A stretch of 61,891 bases of DNA from Thermoplasmatales archaeon SG8-52-3. Its GTDB lineage: Archaea; Thermoplasmatota; E2; DHVEG-1. Position 1 is the stretch's first letter, and each line of letters opens with the position of its first letter. The notes under the pieces are model-generated. The model did not search any database, had not been told where the DNA came from, and saw only the letters and a program-made list of their open reading frames with translations. The DNA is taken from the NCBI GenBank assembly GCA_001595915.1, contig LSSG01000053.1, positions 69,416 to 131,306 of the forward strand, written 5' to 3'. Below are positions 38,715-46,023 of this stretch, in pieces. A program made the translations under genes and the position numbers.

Positions 38715-39893
38715 TTGGGGAATAAAATGAAAAAAAAATATAGTGCTATTACTACTATATTATTATTTTTCATATTGCTGATTAGTTTTAATAATATTAA
38801 TACTAGTGCAGAACAAGAAATTAGCTCCAAATTAAATGAATTATCACCACTAAATTTCACAGATAATTTACCTTATGAAGGTTTTTTGCGTATCTATATA
38901 GTTGAACCCGATTCACGTTGGAACATGTATAATGGTCGACCATATCACTATGGATTTATTGATTTTGCTTATGAAGGAGCTTTATCAATTGATTATCTTG
39001 ACAGTTACCAAGATTCTATTACCTGGATAGGTGATGTTACAGAGGATAATGTTTTTGTAATTGCTGTAATCTTTAATCCAACTGCAAATATCGGTTATTC
39101 TTTTCCTCCTAGTTCTAAACCATTTGATGCCTATTATGTAGATGCAACAGCATCAGCTCATCCAGGGGAAAACGGATATAATATACGCGATGAAAACTTT
39201 ACTCATACAGTATTTATCGAGGAAGGGACTGGTACATGGTGTAAAAACTGCCCATCTGCTGCTGATTCATTATATAATCTTTCTAAATCTTCGACTATTC
39301 CTTTTTATTATGCAGCTATGGTTGAGGATATGAACAGTGCTGCACAAAAAAGACTTGAAGAAGATTACAACATTTTTGGATATCCAACACTTTATTATGA
39401 CGGTGGAAAAGAAGTACTTTTAGGTGGTGGGAACAGCGATGAGTATATTGAATCCTTGATTGAATCTTGTGCAGAAAGTGATGTTCATGAGCTTGATTTA
39501 AATCTAACAGTCTCATGGCAAGGTGATGGTGAACTAAAAATTGATTATAAAATTATAAACCTTGAAGAAATAATTCCACCTCAGTTTTATATTCAAAAAA
39601 TATATGGCGGAATAAAGAAAGTAAACGTATTTGTAGAAAACACTGGAGATAACAATAGTTATAATGTAGATTGGGAAATATCAATTACTGGCGGATTCTT
39701 GGGTAGAGTTAATTCAATATCCAATGGAACTATTGACGAATTTCCTAGTGGTGAAGCAAAGTTAATTAGATCAAAGGGACAGTTATTTCAACCCTTTGGT
39801 TTTGGAAATATTGAAGTTATTGTGAAAATAGGTACAAATATTGAGAAATTTAATTGCTTCATTTTTGGTCCATTCATTATTGTTAATATATAA
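38715..39893 (+). CDS. Secreted circularly permuted Omp28-like CxxC protein with GG/GFG C-terminal domain
   Basis: YEGFLRIYIVE..PFDAYYVD block precedes FTHTVFIEEGTGTWCKNC..GYPTLYYDGG; ends GGIKKV..GGFLG..FGFG..FGPFIIV. Probable ATG start 38727. Confidence 0.75.
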   Translation: MGNKMKKKYSAITTILLFFILLISFNNINTSAEQEISSKLNELSPLNFTDNLPYEGFLRIYIVEPDSRWNMYNGRPYHYGFIDFAYEGALSIDYLDSYQDSITWIGDVTEDNVFVIAVIFNPTANIGYSFPPSSKPFDAYYVDATASAHPGENGYNIRDENFTHTVFIEEGTGTWCKNCPSAADSLYNLSKSSTIPFYYAAMVEDMNSAAQKRLEEDYNIFGYPTLYYDGGKEVLLGGGNSDEYIESLIESCAESDVHELDLNLTVSWQGDGELKIDYKIINLEEIIPPQFYIQKIYGGIKKVNVFVENTGDNNSYNVDWEISITGGFLGRVNSISNGTIDEFPSGEAKLIRSKGQLFQPFGFGNIEVIVKIGTNIEKFNCFIFGPFIIVNI

Positions 39894-39896
39894 TAG

Positions 39897-40352
39897 GTGA
39901 AGAAAATGATGAAAAAAATATTGATATTAGGTATTTGTATGACGCTATTAGTGCCGATTGTTAATGCAGAAATGTTATTTAAAAACCCACCAGACATACC
40001 AGAGATTCATGGCCCTCCAAAAGGAAAAACCGGCGTGGACTATGAATATGAATTTTGTGCATCAGATCCTGATGGCGACGATATATACTTTTGTTATGAT
40101 TGGGGTGATGGGTCTGGTGAGGATTGCATAGGACCATTTCCTTCAGGTATTTGTATAAAACTAAATCATACTTGGACAGCTGATGGAACTTATACGATAA
40201 AATGTAAAGCTAGAGATATCAATCAAGAAGAGAGTGAATATGCAACACTTAATGTAGAAATGCCTCGTGTTTTTTTAAGGCCATTTTTACTAAAGACTAT
40301 CTTAGAAAAAATCTACGAGCGTATTTTAAATTATTTAATAGTTCTTCTTTAA
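39897..40352 (+). CDS. Secreted protein made only of a PKD-like domain and MPR tail
   Basis: Signal peptide, then PPDIPEIHGP..YDWGDG..EMPRVFLRPFLLKTILEKIYERIL. Probable ATG start 39906/39909. Confidence 0.75.
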   Translation: MKKMMKKILILGICMTLLVPIVNAEMLFKNPPDIPEIHGPPKGKTGVDYEYEFCASDPDGDDIYFCYDWGDGSGEDCIGPFPSGICIKLNHTWTADGTYTIKCKARDINQEESEYATLNVEMPRVFLRPFLLKTILEKIYERILNYLIVLL

Positions 40353-40463
40353 TTGAACAACTTTATTCTTTCTATTTTTTTATTTAATTTCTAAATTTTT
40401 ACTTGCTTTTGTAATCTTTAAATATTTCTTATATCATTATTTTTATTTAGGGAGGTTAAGAAA

Positions 40464-40682
40464 ATATGTACAGAAAAAATAATATTAGGATTAGGAATTC
40501 TTACTTTCATAGTAGGATTTGTTTTAATATCAATTGTTTCGTGGTTTTTAAATATGCGTGCAGGAGAAGATAGTCCTCCTACCTTTGAATTTGTATCAGT
40601 AATGGGATTATGGAGTCTTCTTGGTCTTGCATTAGTAGCAATAGGTATAATTGTTATTTTATTAATCAAATTTGAAAAATAA
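40464..40682 (+). CDS. Small two-TM membrane protein lacking an in-frame canonical start
   Basis: After GGGAGG: ATA TGT ACA GAA.. = (I)CTEKIILGLGILTFIVGFVLISIVSW..LWSLLGLALVAIGIIVILLIKFEK*. ATG at 40466 is out of frame by one base. Confidence 0.5.
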   Translation: MCTEKIILGLGILTFIVGFVLISIVSWFLNMRAGEDSPPTFEFVSVMGLWSLLGLALVAIGIIVILLIKFEK

Positions 40683-40701
40683 TTTCATTCCAGCAAGCCC
40701 A

Positions 40702-40718
40702 TTGTAACATTTAAATAT
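40702..40718 (+). promoter_or_regulatory. TTGTAACA-TATA promoter class
   Basis: TTGTAACATTTAAATAT, 35 nt upstream of ATG 40753. Confidence 0.7.
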
Positions 40719-40752
40719 TCACTAGGAGATTATAATTTTTAGGGAGAAAAAA

Positions 40753-41295
40753 ATGCTAAAATGTGAAAGATGTGGACTGGAAGGTGATTATACTCAAATT
40801 AAAACTTGTCCTGAAAAAATCACTCTCTGGGGTAACAAACCTATTTGTAAAAAATGCTATTTGTATCTAAAAGAAGTTGAAGAAAATAAAGTTTCTAAGG
40901 AAAAAACAAAATCTCAGATAAAATCAAATAAATCATTAAATTCAAATTTTAACAATAAAAAAAGTTTAACTGGTAAAGCGACTGATTATATAATTTTTTT
41001 AATTCAATTTTTAGGTGTATTGATTATACCAATGCCATTATTTTATTTTGGATTAAAAGATTGGAATTTCAGTTTGTTGAATCCTTTAGGAATATTACTA
41101 ATTATTAATATTATTCTTTCAATTACTATGATTTTTATCTTTTTTAGAGAGTCGAAAAAACGGGTTGGTAAACCTCATTTTCAAACTTTCATTTTTGGAA
41201 TTTCCTTAATTCCATTTATTCTTTCAATACATTGGGTTTTATCATTAGTAATTCCGCAGTTAACATATTGGTATTTTAAAAAAAGTTCATGGTAG
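40753..41295 (+). CDS. Membrane protein with N-terminal Zn-finger-like domain
   Basis: CERC..C..ICKKC followed by about four hydrophobic segments. Confidence 0.65.
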   Translation: MLKCERCGLEGDYTQIKTCPEKITLWGNKPICKKCYLYLKEVEENKVSKEKTKSQIKSNKSLNSNFNNKKSLTGKATDYIIFLIQFLGVLIIPMPLFYFGLKDWNFSLLNPLGILLIINIILSITMIFIFFRESKKRVGKPHFQTFIFGISLIPFILSIHWVLSLVIPQLTYWYFKKSSW

Positions 41296-41349
41296 ATTAT
41301 TGAAAAAATTTTTTGATAAGATATTCATATTATCTAAAATTATTAATAA

Positions 41350-41366
41350 TTGTAACATTTAAATAT
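41350..41366 (+). promoter_or_regulatory. TTGTAACA-TATA promoter class
   Basis: TTGTAACATTTAAATAT, identical to 40702. Confidence 0.7.
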
Positions 41367-41386
41367 CTAACAGTGTATATAAAATA

Positions 41387-42505
41387 TTGAGGGAGGTAAA
41401 AAATATGAGAAATAAAAAAATTGGAATTATAATTTGTATGATGCTATTAATTACAAGTTTATCTGTGTCTGCATCAATTGAAAAAGAATTAACTCAGAGC
41501 GTTTATTTAACAGATGAAATTAAAGATATTTTATTAATATTAGATTCATGTATCGTACCTGATAATGGAGAAGGTACTGCTGATCTACCTGCTGATTGCC
41601 CTTATGAATCATCTGAAGACCCATTCTATATAATTAACGGCTTACCACCTGATACTACTATCGAGTTAGAGCCGGTATTTGATGATTTTTATAATATTGT
41701 AAGGACTCCAGGTGGACCATTAGGTGGTGAAATCCTTGAATTTGATGCTACACTTGGATTAGTTGTAACAGGTACTGGTGATTTAACAGGATTTAATCGA
41801 ATTCTTTCAGTACCTGTCTCATTTGAAATAAATACTGCACCTCGAACTCCAGGTGATCCTGTTCAAAGCTTTATAAGTGAATTATTTCAATTAGAAGGAG
41901 AGTTATTTGGCGATCCAGATTTTTGTATGTTTCGAATAAAGGCAGGCGAATTTTATGGACTACCAAGTCCTGGTCAGTTCATATTAACAAAAATGCTTAG
42001 CGGTAATTTTAATATCGATAGTTTTTTTGATATAACATATCAAATTGAATTTGAGGGTTGTCCAGCTTCACCTTTAGATGATTATATGGGGACAACAGTT
42101 AATACAACTCGTTTGCAACAAGGTATTGAGTTTTTAAATGATCCACCAAGTAAACCAATTATTGATGGTCCAATAAATGGAGAAAATGGAAAGGCTTATC
42201 CTTATACATTTACTTCAATTGATCCTGATGGAGATGATATATCATACTTTATAAGATGGGGTGACGGAAAAGAAACTGATTGGACAACTTTTCAGACTTC
42301 TGGTCCACCTGGTTATACTGAAAGTCATTCTTGGGATACTCAGGGAACTTATATTATTCAAGCAAAAGCCAAAGACATATATAATGTTGAGAGCAACTGG
42401 GGTGAGCTTGAAGTTGAAATACCAAGAACCAGAGCAACATCTTATCTATGGTTCCTTGAGCGTTTTCCAATGCTGGAAAGACTACTAACTCTTTTGTTGT
42501 TGTAA
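41387..42505 (+). CDS. Secreted protein, unknown beta-rich domain + PKD-like domain + IPR tail
   Basis: Signal peptide (ATG 41405 likely); [15 protein letters not shown]; IRWGDG; ends [24 protein letters not shown]. Confidence 0.75.
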   Translation: MREVKNMRNKKIGIIICMMLLITSLSVSASIEKELTQSVYLTDEIKDILLILDSCIVPDNGEGTADLPADCPYESSEDPFYIINGLPPDTTIELEPVFDDFYNIVRTPGGPLGGEILEFDATLGLVVTGTGDLTGFNRILSVPVSFEINTAPRTPGDPVQSFISELFQLEGELFGDPDFCMFRIKAGEFYGLPSPGQFILTKMLSGNFNIDSFFDITYQIEFEGCPASPLDDYMGTTVNTTRLQQGIEFLNDPPSKPIIDGPINGENGKAYPYTFTSIDPDGDDISYFIRWGDGKETDWTTFQTSGPPGYTESHSWDTQGTYIIQAKAKDIYNVESNWGELEVEIPRTRATSYLWFLERFPMLERLLTLLLL

Positions 42506-42516
42506 CATTTAAATAT
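42500..42516 (+). promoter_or_regulatory. TTGTAACA-TATA promoter class
   Basis: TTGTAACATTTAAATAT overlapping the stop codon of the upstream gene. Confidence 0.7.
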
Positions 42517-42552
42517 CCAGTATTAGATTTATTTTACCACGGAGGTAGGACC

Positions 42553-44754
42553 TTGAAGAATTGGTTAGTCAGAAAAGGTTTGGTTTTAGGGATAACTATA
42601 ATGATTATTTGTATAAGTGTTGTTTCAGGTAATTGTGCAAACTTCAAAAAGCTGAATAATATAATAGATGCAGATTTTATTGAGAATACATGGAACCGAG
42701 AGATACTTTATGAGAACCCACCTAGTGAGGAATGGAACTATACATTCGGAGGAACAAATAGTGAATATGGTTTTTCTGTTGATCAAACTACTGATGGAGG
42801 ATATATTATAACAGGAGGGACAGATTCTTTTGGTGCTGGAGATTATGATGTTTGGCTGGTTAAGACAGATTCCAATGGTTCTGAGGAGTGGAATCAGACT
42901 TTTGGAGGAACAGATTATGATGTGGGTTATTGTGTTCACCAGACAACTGATGGAGGATACATTATAACAGGAAGGACAGATTCTTTTGGTACTGATGGTG
43001 ATGTCTGGTTAATTAAGATTGATAGTGATGGTGATGAGGTGTGGAATAGGACTTTCGGAGGAACAAATTATGATGTAGGTTATTGTGTTCAGCAGACTAC
43101 TGATGGAGGATTCATTATATCTGCAAACACATTTTCTTATGGAGCTGGATCTTATGATGTTTGGCTTGTTAAGACGGATTCTAATGGTACTGAGGAGTGG
43201 AATCAGACATTTGGAGATACAGGTCAAGATACCAGTCAATTTGTTCAGCAAACAACTGATGGAGGATACATTATAACAGGTCGAACAGAATCATATGGCG
43301 CTGGACATTATGATGCTTGGTTGATTAAGACGGATTCTAATGGTACTGGTGAATGGATGCAGACATTCGGAGGTAACGATTTTGATTTTGGATATTGTGT
43401 TCAGCAAACAACTGATGGAGGATATATCCTTACAGGTTGGACAAGATCATATGGTGCTGGAACTTATGATGTTTGGTTGATTAAGACAGATCCAGATGGT
43501 TCTGAGATGTGGAGTCAAACATACGGAGGATATTATTCTGATGAAGGTTTTTCTCTAAAGCAAACTACTGATGGGGGATATATCATATTAGGTAATACAT
43601 GGAATTATGGCGCTGGAGATAATGATATCTGGCTTGTTAAAACCGATTCCAATGGTAATGAGGAGTGGAATCAGACATTCGGGGGAACAAGTGCTGAGTA
43701 TGGCTATTGTGTTCAGCAAACAACTGATGAAGGATACATTATAACAGGAAGAACTGATTCATTTGGTGCTGGTGGTGATTTATGGCTAATAAAGATAGAA
43801 AAGGAAAATAGTCCACCTTATGAACCTTCTAATCCCTATCCAGAAAACAACTCATTTGGTGTAGATGTTGAGACGAATCTTAGTTGGACAGGTGGTGATC
43901 CTGATGGAGACTCTCTAACATACGATGTTTATTTAGAAGCCAATGATTCAACACCAGACATTCTTGTTTCAGAAAATCAAACTGATACAACTTATGATCC
44001 TGGAACCATGAACTATAGCACAAGATATTACTGGAAAATCGTTGCATGGGACGAACATGGAGTTTCAACAGATGGCCCTATTTGGGATTTCACAACAATG
44101 TCAGACTCAAATCACCCACCAAATAAACCAATTATCTATTATGAAAACAATACCTTATTTGTTAATGCAACCGATATTGACAATGACGATTTAATGTACT
44201 TTATTGATTGGGGAGATGGAAACTCTGAAGAAACAGGTTATTACCCGCCTGGAGAAACAGTAGAAATTAACCATACTTATACATGGCCTGGTGTGTATTA
44301 TATTTTAGTAAAAGTAATAGATATTCATTATGCTGAAAGCGATTGGTCAGATCCATATGAGATAATTATAGAAAACAATCCACCTCAAGTTCCTGATATT
44401 GATGGTCCTAGCAGTGGTGTGGCTGGAGCGTCATATAATTTTACATTTATTTCAGTTGATCTTGATGGTGACGATGTTTATTTCTATATTTTATGGGGAG
44501 ATGGTTATGTTGAAGATTGGGAAGGTCCTTTTGCATCAGGTGAAGATTTTGAGATAGCTCATACCTATTCTAATAAGAAAACATATTTAATTGAGGCAAA
44601 AGCAAGAGATATTTATGGTGATGAAAGTCTTGTTGCCACACATGAGATAAATATCCCACGTACCAGAGCATCATCATATATTTGGTTTGAATGGCTGTTA
44701 GAACATTTCCCAATGCTGGAAAGACTGCTATTATTAGTTATAGAAATTAAATGA
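42553..44754 (+). CDS. Secreted 7-repeat beta-propeller protein with FN3-like and two PKD-like domains and IPR tail
   Basis: Seven about 48-aa repeats ([32 protein letters not shown]); ends [18 protein letters not shown]. Confidence 0.8.
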   Translation: MKNWLVRKGLVLGITIMIICISVVSGNCANFKKLNNIIDADFIENTWNREILYENPPSEEWNYTFGGTNSEYGFSVDQTTDGGYIITGGTDSFGAGDYDVWLVKTDSNGSEEWNQTFGGTDYDVGYCVHQTTDGGYIITGRTDSFGTDGDVWLIKIDSDGDEVWNRTFGGTNYDVGYCVQQTTDGGFIISANTFSYGAGSYDVWLVKTDSNGTEEWNQTFGDTGQDTSQFVQQTTDGGYIITGRTESYGAGHYDAWLIKTDSNGTGEWMQTFGGNDFDFGYCVQQTTDGGYILTGWTRSYGAGTYDVWLIKTDPDGSEMWSQTYGGYYSDEGFSLKQTTDGGYIILGNTWNYGAGDNDIWLVKTDSNGNEEWNQTFGGTSAEYGYCVQQTTDEGYIITGRTDSFGAGGDLWLIKIEKENSPPYEPSNPYPENNSFGVDVETNLSWTGGDPDGDSLTYDVYLEANDSTPDILVSENQTDTTYDPGTMNYSTRYYWKIVAWDEHGVSTDGPIWDFTTMSDSNHPPNKPIIYYENNTLFVNATDIDNDDLMYFIDWGDGNSEETGYYPPGETVEINHTYTWPGVYYILVKVIDIHYAESDWSDPYEIIIENNPPQVPDIDGPSSGVAGASYNFTFISVDLDGDDVYFYILWGDGYVEDWEGPFASGEDFEIAHTYSNKKTYLIEAKARDIYGDESLVATHEINIPRTRASSYIWFEWLLEHFPMLERLLLLVIEIK
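42721..43800 (+). repeat. Intragenic tandem repeat, 7 x about 144 bp
   Basis: Recurring CAGCAAACAACTGATGGAGGATA-like and GAGGAGTGGAATCAGAC-like segments. Boundaries approximate. Confidence 0.75.
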
Positions 44755-45191
44755 AAAAGATAATTAGAATATCAAGTTTAATACTTAGATCACTAGTAAT
44801 TGCTTTTTTTGCAGTATCTATATTCTATGCTATTGATATTAATCCTGATACTATTTCACCACAACCGCTTATAGAAATTGAAAAATATACTAATGTTCCG
44901 AAAACCCATGGTGATGATCAATCGTATAATTGTTCAAAGTGTCATTATGAACCATTATATGCTGAATGTACAGATTGCCATATCCCTGACTACTGGATTG
45001 GAGATGATGATGGTACATATATGGCTCATCATGATTTATCCTATAATGGTTTTATAGACTGTTGGTCAGTTGATTGTCATAATCCTCCCAATCCAAATGA
45101 TATTAGATTCGTTAAAACTAATCTACTAGATGGAGGCGATTGGCAAGAATTTTGCTATACAAAATGTCATAACGAAAGTGAACTCGGTTAA
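44751..45191 (+). CDS. Small multiheme c-type cytochrome, N-terminally anchored or secreted
   Basis: N-terminal hydrophobic helix; CSKCH, CTDCH, CWSVDCH, CYTKCH; ATGA overlap with upstream gene. Confidence 0.7.
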   Translation: MKKIIRISSLILRSLVIAFFAVSIFYAIDINPDTISPQPLIEIEKYTNVPKTHGDDQSYNCSKCHYEPLYAECTDCHIPDYWIGDDDGTYMAHHDLSYNGFIDCWSVDCHNPPNPNDIRFVKTNLLDGGDWQEFCYTKCHNESELG

Positions 45192-45323
45192 TCATCAAAA
45201 TTATTATTTTAATATATATATTTAATAAAAAAATTCTTGTTTTTATGATTAATATACTGTCATTCTCAGTATTTGAACTGGAATTTAATAGTAAAAAGAT
45301 AGTAATTATTCTTTTTTAGGTTG

Positions 45324-45340
45324 TTGTAACATTTAAATAT
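45324..45340 (+). promoter_or_regulatory. TTGTAACA-TATA promoter class
   Basis: TTGTAACATTTAAATAT; 23-bp identity with the 42497 copy (TTGTTGTAACATTTAAATATCCA). Confidence 0.7.
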
Positions 45341-45346
45341 CCAACA

Positions 45347-45838
45347 ATGGATGTAAAATATGAGGGAGGAATAATATTGTTTAAGAAAATCCTCGTAGTA
45401 GGGATAATAATCCTGTTTCTGGGAATTGCTATACAACCAAGTGTAGCAGCTGATACTAATATTAAAGATGGTGAAGATGATTGTAATCTTTGTCCAAAGA
45501 AAGTTAGTAAACAACAGATTTTTACTATTAATAATATATTAAAGAGTATAAATAAAAAAAGTATTTTAAAACCTGATAAACTTCAACAAGATCCACCTTT
45601 TTGTAATTTTTTGTTTATCATGCTTGGAATAAATGCCCTTATTGATTATTTTACGTTAGCAATATATCATTTTTTTGAATTTTTACCATTTCAAATTTTA
45701 TTAATTTTATATTTTCCAATATTTTATTATTTACAAAATAATATTAATAAAAGAGGTTATGATCTATATTCTACAGCCTGGGAGTTAGGTTGTTACTGGG
45801 CAGTTTTTCCTCCAAAACCTTTAGAGAGGACAGGATAA
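45347..45838 (+). CDS. Hypothetical secreted/membrane protein with CxxCP motif
   Basis: Signal peptide (TTG 45377 after GGGAGG likely start), DDCNLCPK, hydrophobic C-terminal half with two more Cys. Confidence 0.65.
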   Translation: MDVKYEGGIILFKKILVVGIIILFLGIAIQPSVAADTNIKDGEDDCNLCPKKVSKQQIFTINNILKSINKKSILKPDKLQQDPPFCNFLFIMLGINALIDYFTLAIYHFFEFLPFQILLILYFPIFYYLQNNINKRGYDLYSTAWELGCYWAVFPPKPLERTG

Positions 45839-45903
45839 TATGAAAAAATCGAAAGAGCCTGAAAATAAGGGCTTTCGGAATGATTTATAACAAGAAGAAA
45901 TAG

Positions 45904-45949
45904 CGCCGCCTACTGGAATAATACTTAAAATTCCTTTTAGTACCGTTTT
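45904..45949 (-). pseudogene. Collapsed remnant of the tRNA-Asn locus
   Basis: Three collinear blocks match the tRNA locus: 45904-17 vs 48208-21 (13/14), 45925-37 vs intron 48257-69 (12/13), 45939-49 vs upstream flank 48346-56 (11/11). Confidence 0.6.
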
Positions 45950-45967
45950 TGTTATATTTTTAACAGA

Positions 45968-45985
45968 TTGTTAACATTTAAATAT
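45968..45985 (+). promoter_or_regulatory. Variant TTGTAACA-TATA promoter
   Basis: TTGTTAACATTTAAATAT; overlaps a TTAAC-N5-GTTAA palindrome (45960..45974). Confidence 0.6.
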
Positions 45986-46023
45986 CTTAACTCAGATTAT
46001 TTTACTGGAGAAGGTAACTGATT

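Noticed and set aside
40418-40669. 83-aa minus-strand ORF
   Set aside because: The opposite strand has an RBS and a clear two-TM reading frame (40464..40682).
42721-43800. Tandem DNA repeats as a CRISPR array
   Set aside because: In-frame, degenerate about 144-bp coding repeats with no unique spacers and no cas genes.
45840-45890. 16-aa ORF MKKSKEPENKGFRNDL with AAGAGCC/GGGCTTT hairpin
   Set aside because: Too short and without motif; more likely a terminator-like or junction hairpin next to the tRNA remnant.
40702-45985. Integron attC or dif-site interpretation of TTGTAACATTTAAATAT
   Set aside because: No paired inverted boxes or hairpin, no tyrosine integrase in the window, and spacing to start codons fits a TATA box. 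Kept only as a minor alternative.
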